From the sequence record SRR22947725_1543: a DNA stretch of 42,009 nt, one strand, 5' to 3'. Position numbers and translations under genes: made by a program. Shown here in pieces: positions 26,400-35,699 of this stretch. A model generated the notes under the pieces. It saw only the letters and a list, made by a program, of their open reading frames with translations. It made no database searches and had not been told where the DNA came from. The first letter of the stretch is position 1; every line of letters starts with the position of its first letter.

Positions 26400-27426
26400 G
26401 CTCTGGCTTTTATTTCTATTCTTATTTCTAAGCTTCTTAAAAGCCGATTCTACGACCTATCAGTACTACCTTCCGGTAGAAAGTGACAAAGTCGACAAAT
26501 TTATTGAAGCCGCCCTCAAAGAACTCTCTTTCTTTGGCAAAGCGAGTATCCCCATTAAAGAAATACATATAAGGCGCTCTCAAGTTTGTAAGACTCCGCA
26601 ACTATTTAGCAGAGCCGATATCAACGATTGGCCAGCCTTAAAAAAAGCGCTTAATAGTTGGGTTTTAAAAAAGAAGTTTTTACGCCGTTACCTCAATTAT
26701 TCTGCCGTCGAAGTCGACACCAAAAGCCAGAAGCTGAAGTTAATAAAAGCGCTTAATTCCATGCTTAAAGACAAGAAGTTCTACACAACTGAGCGCTTCC
26801 CTGACTTGAAACTCACTAAAGTTCAGGAGAAATATGCTGGCGATGGTTTTTGGGGTGGCTTTTCAAGTAATCCGATCATGCTCAATCGCAGCATAATAGA
26901 AAAACAATTTACTGACCTAATCAACCCTTTTAGATTCATCAAACGCCCTCATAAAAATATGCAGTTTTGCGAACTTGCCGATACCAAGCGTGGTAAATTT
27001 GTCATCTACTTAAAACACGAAGCCGAAAGTGATAAATTTTACAGCGAATTAGCCCATGAACTTTTCCATACAATCGACGCCAAAGTTTACGACTGGCATA
27101 CGGAAGGATTAGCCTCATTATTTTCAGAAGAGTTCATCCACAATCAAGGCAAAAGCTGGGCATACTTCAAAGAGCTTTTAGCAGATCAAGAAAAAGCCTA
27201 TGGGGCAAGCTACCACCTCCTTAAGAATCTTTATCAAAAAAAGCGTCCCCTGTTCAAAGACTTCATGAAGCACGCCACCACCTGGAAAGGCCAAAAGAAA
27301 AAAATCGACATTAACGCCTGGATACAGGATCTCGGCCAAGTAGAGAAAAATGAATATCAGCAAAAATTGAAGATACTTTACCCAGTTATGCGCAAGAACT
27401 CGTCAAATTATATCGAATTTAACTAA
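26389..27426 (+). CDS. Secreted HExxH protein, putative zinc metallopeptidase
   Basis: Signal peptide; ELAHELFH followed by W..EGLA. Confidence 0.65.
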   Translation: MKSKLWLLFLFLFLSFLKADSTTYQYYLPVESDKVDKFIEAALKELSFFGKASIPIKEIHIRRSQVCKTPQLFSRADINDWPALKKALNSWVLKKKFLRRYLNYSAVEVDTKSQKLKLIKALNSMLKDKKFYTTERFPDLKLTKVQEKYAGDGFWGGFSSNPIMLNRSIIEKQFTDLINPFRFIKRPHKNMQFCELADTKRGKFVIYLKHEAESDKFYSELAHELFHTIDAKVYDWHTEGLASLFSEEFIHNQGKSWAYFKELLADQEKAYGASYHLLKNLYQKKRPLFKDFMKHATTWKGQKKKIDINAWIQDLGQVEKNEYQQKLKILYPVMRKNSSNYIEFN

Positions 27427-27595
27427 AGTATCATTTTTAACATTTTATCCCTGCATTTATTTGAAAATTGCCAAATTACCAGTAATCATCATCTGTGCGT
27501 TTTTATATAATGCGCGGAAGCTGGCATTGATTTTAGATCTAAGGCTTCAGTAAAAAAGATTTTTTGACTTATATTTTTTTAGATTTAGGGACTTT

Positions 27596-30500
27596 ATGTT
27601 TATTGGAAAAACCTATCACTTTTTGAAGAAGAGTTTATCTAAGAATTTCCTCCTCCCTTTCACCTTTTACCTCGTATTCTTCCAAAATCCTACCGTCTAC
27701 GCCGGTTTCGTAGTCGATAATGATGACATTTACACTATTCTTGTTCCCGGTGGCCTTACTTATAGTAATAATATCATTGACACTTCAGACGGTGAACCCG
27801 ATGACGGAGCCGTTATCATAATTAAAAATGCTGCAGATAACTTCCTCGTGAATATATGGGGTGGTGCGGATGTAAACGATGTAGCTATTGGAACTATTAC
27901 CGATCCAAATTTAGGTACCTTCTATACGGATGCAGATGGCAGCCACAGTTTCCAAGAGTCAGACGATATTGTTCTCTTAAACCTCGATATGGAAACAAAT
28001 ATGACAGTAGATATTGACTCTGTTTCTGTTGTTCGCGGTAATATTGTTAACTTAGCCGGTGATTTAACATTACAGATTGAATCATTACCGCATCTTTCTA
28101 ATAGACAAGGTCTTGAAGGTGCTGTTGATTCCGGAAATGGCAACGATGAGATAGTATTGGAAGAAGGCATAATTACTTCATATATCAATTTGCGTAATGG
28201 TGACAATGAAATCACTATGAACGGCAACTCAAGAATATTCGGTGATGTTGATACAGGTACAGGTAATGACATAATTACCCTTAATGATCAGTCAACCATT
28301 GGGTCAAACTTTGATAATTCTGCCATTAATGATCCTATAATAATCGCTGATCTAAATACCGGAGATGGCGATGATATTGTCACTCTTGACGGGACATACC
28401 AAGCTTATGATCCGACTATTACTTCAATCATAAATGGAGATGACGAACAGTTTTTACGCACTTATATAAGTGGGGACCTCGACTTAGGAAACGGCGACAA
28501 CCAACTCATCATGACACGTCAAGTAGCAATACACGGAAACGTAACTGCCGGCAGTGGGGATGACACTGTAACTCTTTCTGGCAGTGATGTCGCGGACTAT
28601 GATGCTTTCAATGCTGGAGATCAATTAGCTTCCGGTGCATTCATTCAAGGAAATCTCGATCTGGCTGGTGGCGATGACGACCTCATAATCACTCTTGATT
28701 CAGATATCCTTGGTACTATTGACCTAGGCACTGGAAATGACACCGCCTATTATGCTTCCTCCAAAGACTTTGATACATCAATCGATTTAAATGATGGTGA
28801 TGACATCGTCTTCTTTGACGGAGCTACTATTGATGATGCAGGCCGCATCGTAGGCTCAAGTACTGATACAGGTGGAACGAGCTTAACTGTCAATGGCGAA
28901 ACCTTAACCGTCACCGGTGACTATGTTCTTCTTGATAATTCAACTGTGACTGATATTGACGTTTTCGCCTTAGAAAATGGCACAAACACCATCCACTTAA
29001 GAGAAGGCGCTACTATTACAGATGCCGCTGCAACTTTCAATCTTGGGACCGGTGATGATAATATTATTCTTGAAGATGCATCTACACTAACTGTTACTAC
29101 ACTTGCTCTAGGTGAAGGTAATAACAGCGTCAACATAAGCGGAACAAGTCAGGTTATTGGTGATATAACAACTGGTACTGGAAATAATACTTTCACTTTT
29201 AGTAACACCGCACAAGTAGATGGTGATATAACGACTGGTGTTGGCGAAAATACATTCATCCTCAGTGGCAGTGGAGAGAAATTAACAGGAACAATCACGA
29301 CTGTACTCGGTGCGGGCAATATTCTACAGTTTAATAATTTGACTGGAGATGCGACTACTAATTTTGAAGAGTTCAATATGACCCACTTCAAAACTCTACA
29401 GATCTCTGGAGGAGATACAGTCACTCCTGGGGCTCCTGTTACCCTTGGCGATAACACATTTACAGATATAACTTTTAGTCTCACAAATGGTGCATCTTTC
29501 ACTCAAGACATAACCTTAGCTGATGCAGATGGTGATATTGACATCACTGGTGGATCTACTCTTACAGGAAACCTTACAGGTTCCGCTGGAGATGATAATT
29601 TAAACGTAACAGGTAGTTCCAATATCACTGGTAATGTTAGCTTAGGCGATGGTAATGCTACTGTTAATATTGCTGATTCTGTTATTGGCGGGTTCTTGCA
29701 AACTGTCACTACCGGCGCAGAAACAATTAATATCGATATCTCAAACTCGACTATTACAGGTGAAGTTGACATTGATGGTAGTGGCGATTTAACTCTAGTG
29801 GCTGATTCTGCTACCTTTAATGACGATATTAATTTAAATGATTCGACTGGCACAAATATAGTCACTCTTAGGAATAACACTCGTGTCAATGCAGACTTGA
29901 CAAGTACCGGCGCTGCTGATGATCAAATTAATATAGCAGACTCAGTCATAACCGGGGCTATCGATCTAGGCAATGGCACAAATTCACTCACAATGAATAA
30001 TTCTTCAAGTGCAAGTATTTCCGGTGGTACAGGAGATGATGCCATCACCTTATCTAATGGCTCTTCAACTGGAGCTGTCAACTTAGGCGATGGCACAAAT
30101 TCACTCACAATGAATAACTCTTCCGCAGGTGCAATTACTTTGGGCACAGGAACGAACACTGTTACTCTTAATAGTTCAACTACTGGCATTATTACTGGTG
30201 GCGGCACAGACTCACTCATCCTTCAAGGTACAGGCACTATTGCCAACGCTCATACTGGCTTCGAGAATGTTCAAGTTAACACTAGTGGAAGTTGGACAAT
30301 CAATAGCGCTCTCACACTTGATACTGGCGGAACTTTCGATGTGACCAATGGCACACTTATTATCAACAATGCTGTTACAAGTGCTGGCACAACTACTACT
30401 ACCTTTAATAATGGAACAACTGTCAACATTCTCAATGGAGCCAGTTTTGATGCGGGAGCTGGAGTCATTAGTGTTAATGGTGATTTAACTATGGCAGGAA

Positions 30501-32062
30501 CTGCCGCCCTCGATAGTACCACAGGAATTACCATTGGCACAAATGGCAGCTTACTAGGCACAGGCACTATTACTGGCGACACAGTTGTCAATGGCACAAT
30601 TGGTAATAATTCCGTCACTGATGACCTAGATATCACCGGTACATTAACTCTCAATACAGGTTCAACACTAAATCTAATCGTCAACGATGCCATTGGCGAT
30701 AACCACAGTCGAATTGATGCTACCGGCAACGTAATTACTGCCGGTGGACCTATTGGTGTCAACCTTAATTTCAGTTCCTTACAAAATGATGGCGATACAT
30801 ATGATATTCTAACGGCTGGTGGAGGCCTTACGGCCACTGATTACAGCAGTAACTCTGACACATTTTCATATACCGTAGGTTTTGATGCTCCTGGAGGCAC
30901 AACACTAAATGCCATTGTTAACCGAACTGCCTATCCTGACTTAGATTCAAATGTAGTTCGACAACTCACTGCAATCATGACTGAACTTGAAACTGTTCGT
31001 GCTAGTAACCTTGACAGCCAAGAACTACTCGCCCTAGAATTACTACAAAAAGACGGCTTCGAAAGTGCTGCCAAGAAGATCAACCCTTCAGTCCTTGCCA
31101 ATATGAGTAATTTAGCTATCGCTTCCCACAATACTCTAGGTAACTTTATCAATAAGCGTATGGACTTCATGCAGTTTGGCTTTCAGACCTTCTCTTTAGA
31201 AGGGCCTATGGGACCAGAACATGAAAATTCAGATATCTATGGCAGTGACTTCAGCATGTGGATGGACACCAACTACAAAATGGGTGAACTCGACAATGAC
31301 GGCCTATCTCTCGGTTATGAATTTGGCAGTTACAATTTCACCATTGGTGGCGACATGTGGGTAGGTGACTGGTTACTTGGTACGGCCTTTAATTATGGTA
31401 ATACAGATGTTGACTATAATGATGACGCTGGTAAATCTGAAGTAAGTTCTTATTCAATTGCCGGTTATGCAAAATATGTCAATGGCGACTTCTTCTGGGA
31501 CAATGCGCTTTCACTGAGTATGAGTAATATTGATAGTGAAAGAACTGTCAGTGAGACGAACTCTTCTATGGACTCCAGTAGCGATGGTATGATTTACTCA
31601 CTTAGTTCACAAGTTGGTGTAAATTTTGAAGGAGAAACAACCTACTTCACTCCTATTGCCGGCTTTAGCTACAGCAAAAGCCAAATTGATGGTGCGTCTG
31701 AGTCTGGATCTATATTTGCTGTTACAACTGACGATCAAGACTATGACTCTTTACAATCTAAACTCGGTTTCAGAACTGGCTTTATGAATCTTATGGAGGA
31801 TGAAGATTACTACATCCTTGAACTAAGAGCCTTTTGGTACCATGAATTTATGGATACCGACCGCGACTTTAATGCACGATTTAATGCTGGCGGCAACAAC
31901 TTCAATGTCAGTGGTATTGAAAACGAAACTGAAAGCTTCCTTATCGGTCTTGGTTGGAAGTACGAAATCAATACAACCGAGCTTAAAGTTGACTACGATT
32001 ACGAAATGTCCTCTGGATACACCGCCCACAAACTAGGCGTTTCCTGGGTTATTCACTTCTAA
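27596..32062 (+). CDS. Autotransporter with Gly/Asp/Thr-rich repetitive passenger (adhesin-like)
   Basis: Signal-like N-terminus; many [LT]G.G[DN]D units; C-terminal ~280-aa beta-barrel with alternating residues, W.HEF motif and terminal Phe (VSWVIHF). Confidence 0.9.
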   Translation: MFIGKTYHFLKKSLSKNFLLPFTFYLVFFQNPTVYAGFVVDNDDIYTILVPGGLTYSNNIIDTSDGEPDDGAVIIIKNAADNFLVNIWGGADVNDVAIGTITDPNLGTFYTDADGSHSFQESDDIVLLNLDMETNMTVDIDSVSVVRGNIVNLAGDLTLQIESLPHLSNRQGLEGAVDSGNGNDEIVLEEGIITSYINLRNGDNEITMNGNSRIFGDVDTGTGNDIITLNDQSTIGSNFDNSAINDPIIIADLNTGDGDDIVTLDGTYQAYDPTITSIINGDDEQFLRTYISGDLDLGNGDNQLIMTRQVAIHGNVTAGSGDDTVTLSGSDVADYDAFNAGDQLASGAFIQGNLDLAGGDDDLIITLDSDILGTIDLGTGNDTAYYASSKDFDTSIDLNDGDDIVFFDGATIDDAGRIVGSSTDTGGTSLTVNGETLTVTGDYVLLDNSTVTDIDVFALENGTNTIHLREGATITDAAATFNLGTGDDNIILEDASTLTVTTLALGEGNNSVNISGTSQVIGDITTGTGNNTFTFSNTAQVDGDITTGVGENTFILSGSGEKLTGTITTVLGAGNILQFNNLTGDATTNFEEFNMTHFKTLQISGGDTVTPGAPVTLGDNTFTDITFSLTNGASFTQDITLADADGDIDITGGSTLTGNLTGSAGDDNLNVTGSSNITGNVSLGDGNATVNIADSVIGGFLQTVTTGAETINIDISNSTITGEVDIDGSGDLTLVADSATFNDDINLNDSTGTNIVTLRNNTRVNADLTSTGAADDQINIADSVITGAIDLGNGTNSLTMNNSSSASISGGTGDDAITLSNGSSTGAVNLGDGTNSLTMNNSSAGAITLGTGTNTVTLNSSTTGIITGGGTDSLILQGTGTIANAHTGFENVQVNTSGSWTINSALTLDTGGTFDVTNGTLIINNAVTSAGTTTTTFNNGTTVNILNGASFDAGAGVISVNGDLTMAGTAALDSTTGITIGTNGSLLGTGTITGDTVVNGTIGNNSVTDDLDITGTLTLNTGSTLNLIVNDAIGDNHSRIDATGNVITAGGPIGVNLNFSSLQNDGDTYDILTAGGGLTATDYSSNSDTFSYTVGFDAPGGTTLNAIVNRTAYPDLDSNVVRQLTAIMTELETVRASNLDSQELLALELLQKDGFESAAKKINPSVLANMSNLAIASHNTLGNFINKRMDFMQFGFQTFSLEGPMGPEHENSDIYGSDFSMWMDTNYKMGELDNDGLSLGYEFGSYNFTIGGDMWVGDWLLGTAFNYGNTDVDYNDDAGKSEVSSYSIAGYAKYVNGDFFWDNALSLSMSNIDSERTVSETNSSMDSSSDGMIYSLSSQVGVNFEGETTYFTPIAGFSYSKSQIDGASESGSIFAVTTDDQDYDSLQSKLGFRTGFMNLMEDEDYYILELRAFWYHEFMDTDRDFNARFNAGGNNFNVSGIENETESFLIGLGWKYEINTTELKVDYDYEMSSGYTAHKLGVSWVIHF
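29973..30117 (+). repeat. Intragenic direct repeat with 117-bp (39-aa) period
   Basis: Identical 28-mer ATGGCACAAATTCACTCACAATGAATAA at 29973-30000 and 30090-30117. Confidence 0.85.
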
Positions 32063-32084
32063 AAGCTCAACGACCTCTCAATTG

Positions 32085-32114
32085 AAGCCACGGTATAACT
32101 TCCGTGGCTTTTTT
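32085..32114 (+). terminator. Intrinsic terminator after the autotransporter
   Basis: AAGCCACGG-TATAACTT-CCGTGGCTT followed by TTTT. Confidence 0.85.
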
Positions 32115-32251
32115 ATTTGTAAGGGATCTACTATAGAAAAATTCCATTTCCACTTTAACTTGGCTCAGATCCCAGAAAGTATTTGCAAAAAAATACAGTT
32201 AGAACTAAACTTCAATTCAGCGTTAATAACTTCTCTTCTTAAGAAAACGGC

Positions 32252-33145
32252 ATGACAGAAAATATACACTTCGAACAAGACTTCTTTTCCGCAGCTCAAA
32301 AAGGCCTGCAACTTCTCTCCAAATCAGAGCAAGAAACCCTCAAGGCCTTTACTCAAAGCCAATTTCAAAAAGACGGTTTCTTCTGTAATCCCGAAGGAAA
32401 GAGTGACCTATATTCGACTTCATTTGGAATCTGCCTCAGCCAAGTCCTTGGAATCAACGAAAATAATGAAGCCATCTCAAGCTGTTTACAGCGATTAGAA
32501 AATGGCGAAGGCTTCGACTTTTTGCACGTCAGTGCCCTCACCCGCTGTTGGCGATTTTTTAAAGGCGACTCTCTAGAAGTAGGCCGCCATGCCAAAATTG
32601 CTGAAAGCCTCGAGTACAACCGTACAAGTGAAGGCCTCTGGAACCAGGCATTTGGTACCACTTTTGGCAGTATATACGGGACTTACCTCGCAATATTATC
32701 TTATCAGAACTTAAGCCAAAGTATTCCTGACGAAGGTAAAATTGCTGACGGCCTCAAAACTCTTAAAAGTAATGATCACATTTTCGGTACTGACAAAGGT
32801 GCCCCAACAGGGACAACGCCAGCAACTGCCATGGCGACAACACTACTGTCTTACACCGAAGAGCCTTATGACTTCTGCTTATCCTGGCTTTTGAAGCAGC
32901 AACATAGCGATGGCGGCTTCAGAGCAGTTTCACAAATGCCCTTTAGTGATGTACAGTCAACAGTGTATACTATCCAAGCACTTAAGTATACCGCTCCGGA
33001 TGAACTCAAAAAGATCTCCGGCGAAATCAAAAGATTTCTAATGTCAATGAAAAAGGAGAATGGCTTCACAGGACACTGTAAAGACACAAATACAGATATG
33101 GAAAACACCTATTTTGCCCTGGCTGGCCTCGGCATGATCGACTAA
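32252..33145 (+). CDS. Prenyltransferase/squalene oxidase repeat protein (alpha/alpha barrel)
   Basis: DGFF....G.SDLYST.FG, WLLKQQHSDGGF, GF.GH..D...D.E.TYFAL. Confidence 0.8.
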   Translation: MTENIHFEQDFFSAAQKGLQLLSKSEQETLKAFTQSQFQKDGFFCNPEGKSDLYSTSFGICLSQVLGINENNEAISSCLQRLENGEGFDFLHVSALTRCWRFFKGDSLEVGRHAKIAESLEYNRTSEGLWNQAFGTTFGSIYGTYLAILSYQNLSQSIPDEGKIADGLKTLKSNDHIFGTDKGAPTGTTPATAMATTLLSYTEEPYDFCLSWLLKQQHSDGGFRAVSQMPFSDVQSTVYTIQALKYTAPDELKKISGEIKRFLMSMKKENGFTGHCKDTNTDMENTYFALAGLGMID

Positions 33146-33178
33146 AACAGATAGAGCTGCTTTAGCCCACAAGTTTTG

Positions 33179-33337
33179 GTGAATTGTAAAGATTTACATT
33201 TCACACCTCGCAAAGAGCCCTTGTGACTAAAAAACCTTCTGTTGTGTAATATCTGAATTAATGCAAGACAAAATATAACGGTTCGCAAGACTGGAGTCAC
33301 AGAAAGTGGCGAAGGATGTAAATTCTGGAATTTACAT
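33179..33337. promoter_or_regulatory. Two related TGTAAA/TTTACA inverted repeats upstream of the beta-propeller operon
   Basis: GTGAAtTGTAAAgaTTTACAtTTCAC at 33179-33204 and ATGTAAATTCtgGAATTTACAT at 33316-33337. Confidence 0.5.
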
Positions 33338-33391
33338 TTGGGGTACTCAGTACCGAGTTTAAGCAATTTAATTTTAGAATCGAGAGCATTA

Positions 33392-35698
33392 ATGAAAAAT
33401 TTTCTCTTATTTATCGGCATTCTCTTACTGGCAGCATGTCAGTCTGAGTCCACTACTAAAGTCACCGGCTTCCTCAATTGGCGCGGAGCTGATCAAAATG
33501 GCACATCCCTTGAAAAGGGTCTACCGGACAAGTGGGACGTTCAAAACGGCACACTCTGGAAACACGAAATAAAAGGCAGAGGTTGCCCGGTTATTGCCGG
33601 CAACAGAGTTTTTAGCCTCGGTTATGTCGGGGACAAAGAAACACTCCGAGAAGTCGTCTCCTGCTTTGATCTCGATACCGGAAAAATCATCTGGCAGAAA
33701 TACTACTCTGACTTCATGTCGGACATCATTTACGACCGCTACTCCATCGGTGCCCCAACAATCGATCAAGAAACCGGTCTTCTTTACGTTATAACCACTC
33801 CTGGTCTACTCATTTGTATGAACCCTGAAAATGGCGAAGAGATCTGGAAAGTTTCCCTAATGGAAAAGTTCGGCAAGATGAGCTTCCCTAATGGTCGTAC
33901 AGGTTCTCCTGTCATCTATGGTGACTCAGTCGTCATCCATGGGATATCTGCCAACTGGGGTAAACAAGGCCCTCCTAGAAGCCGCTTTCATGCTTACAGT
34001 AAAAAAGATGGCACGCCTATTTGGACTTCAACTCCTGGTGTAGGCCCTAAAGACAGCTCTTTTTCGACTCCTGTCGTCAGCAACTTCAAAGGTCGCAATG
34101 TTATGTATGCGACAACAGGCTGTGGAAATCTCGTTTGTTTCGATGCCGCAGATGGAACTCCATACTGGCGCTTCCAGATGTGTATTGGCGGTGCGAACTG
34201 TAGTGTTCTCGTCTATAAAGACACTGTAATTGCGATCCATGGTAAAGAGAATCTCGATACATCAACAACCGGCCGTATGGTCGCCATCAAAATGCCAAAA
34301 GAACTTAAAAGAGGCGAAGTTCAGGTTCTCGACAAAAAGTCTGAAGTCTGGCGCTCAAAGATTGATGCCTTCTCTGCCTCGCCAGTCCTGGTTAAAGACA
34401 GAGTTTATATGGTGGATGAAACGGGTAACCTTCACTGCTTGAATGCCGATACGGGAAAAACTCTTTGGACTGAAAAGCTCGGTTCTGCTCAGATTCACGC
34501 ATCTCCTATTTATGCCGATGGTAAACTTTACATTCCAATCCTAATCGACAGTACTGACGAACAGAGTAATTCCGGCCTCTTCTACATCATCAAGCCTTCT
34601 GATAAAGGAGCTGAAATCCTCGAAAAAGTTAGAATTCATGGAAAATGCCTTGGACCTCCGGCGGTCTATAATGGCAAAGTCCTGGTTCACACCACATCGA
34701 CTCTCTACTGCTTTGGAAATAAGTCAGGCATCACAAGCGATTATCTTTGCGACGAACTAACTACCGATAATAAAGCTCCAGCAGGTGCCAAAGTTGCAGT
34801 TCGTCAGATTCTCCCAAATGAAGTTCTACTCAAACCGGGAGAAGCGGCTAAATTCCAATGCCGTGAGTTAGATGCGCAAGGTCGTGTGATTCGCATTGGC
34901 GACCTCCCTCCGGGTGAATGGGCAGGATACATCCCGCCAACGGCTAAGGTAAAAGCCAGTATGAATGGCAAATTCAATTCAAATGGTACTCTTGTCGCTG
35001 ACCCCAAAGTTATTTCGTCTGCCGGCGCTTACCGCTTCTCAGCAAATGATGGCCTTAAATCAGTCATCCGTGGACGTGTCGTCCCTGCTGACTACCAAGA
35101 AGATTTCGAGTCCTATAATCCAACTGTTCCCCGCGAAACAGAGAATACCAAGTTCGCTTGGCCACCACTGGCTTGGATCGGTGCTCGCTTCAAATGGGAA
35201 GTCCGCGAAATTGATGGTAATAAGTGCCTTATCAAAGTTCAGGACCGCCTAATACTCCAAAGAGCTATCACATTTATCGGCAACCCAGATATGTCTGATT
35301 ACACCATTCAGGCAGATGTTATGACTGGGGGTAACCGTCGCGTCATGTCCGACGTTGGCTTAATCAACCAAAGATACATTATCGCTCTAAAAGGCACCCA
35401 CAGAACGCTGGATATAAGCTCCAATTTGGACCGCATGAATGTTTATAAAAAATTCCCGGTTAAAGCCAACACTTGGTACACCCTTAAAACAACTGTTAAA
35501 AAACATAGCGATGGCAGCGGCACAATCTATGTAAAATGCTGGAAGAAAAGTGACTCTGAACCTGCAGAGTGGACAATTGAGCACAAGGTTGAACACGCTC
35601 ATGATAAAGGAGCCCCTGGACTCTTCGGTTTTTCTCCAGGCGGCTTAAAGCCAGTATTTGTTGATAATATTAAAGTTTCCGAAAACGGAGGTCAGTAA
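33392..35698 (+). CDS. PQQ-binding-like (BamB-type) beta-propeller lipoprotein with C-terminal ConA-like domain; start reassigned to 33392
   Basis: Lipobox LAAC, NWRG...NG, repeated D..TGK..W blades, ASP..ADGKLY; C-terminal YQEDFES, WYTLK and FVDNIKV. Confidence 0.88.
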   Translation: MKNFLLFIGILLLAACQSESTTKVTGFLNWRGADQNGTSLEKGLPDKWDVQNGTLWKHEIKGRGCPVIAGNRVFSLGYVGDKETLREVVSCFDLDTGKIIWQKYYSDFMSDIIYDRYSIGAPTIDQETGLLYVITTPGLLICMNPENGEEIWKVSLMEKFGKMSFPNGRTGSPVIYGDSVVIHGISANWGKQGPPRSRFHAYSKKDGTPIWTSTPGVGPKDSSFSTPVVSNFKGRNVMYATTGCGNLVCFDAADGTPYWRFQMCIGGANCSVLVYKDTVIAIHGKENLDTSTTGRMVAIKMPKELKRGEVQVLDKKSEVWRSKIDAFSASPVLVKDRVYMVDETGNLHCLNADTGKTLWTEKLGSAQIHASPIYADGKLYIPILIDSTDEQSNSGLFYIIKPSDKGAEILEKVRIHGKCLGPPAVYNGKVLVHTTSTLYCFGNKSGITSDYLCDELTTDNKAPAGAKVAVRQILPNEVLLKPGEAAKFQCRELDAQGRVIRIGDLPPGEWAGYIPPTAKVKASMNGKFNSNGTLVADPKVISSAGAYRFSANDGLKSVIRGRVVPADYQEDFESYNPTVPRETENTKFAWPPLAWIGARFKWEVREIDGNKCLIKVQDRLILQRAITFIGNPDMSDYTIQADVMTGGNRRVMSDVGLINQRYIIALKGTHRTLDISSNLDRMNVYKKFPVKANTWYTLKTTVKKHSDGSGTIYVKCWKKSDSEPAEWTIEHKVEHAHDKGAPGLFGFSPGGLKPVFVDNIKVSENGGQ

Positions 35699-35699
35699 A

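Noticed and set aside
27522-27537. TGGCATTGATTTTAG as a sigma-54 promoter for the autotransporter
   Set aside because: The -12 element lacks the conserved GC.
29973-30117. 28-bp direct repeat as a CRISPR repeat
   Set aside because: Only two copies, in frame inside a CDS with similar flanks, and no cas genes.
27922-31170. Series of long antisense ORFs within the autotransporter
   Set aside because: Expected shadow ORFs from a biased Gly/Thr/Asp/Asn-rich coding strand.
33280-33320. Resemblance to glnA, glycine or c-di-GMP riboswitch cores
   Set aside because: The required conserved nucleotides and closing stems were not found; kept only as an unassigned structured region.
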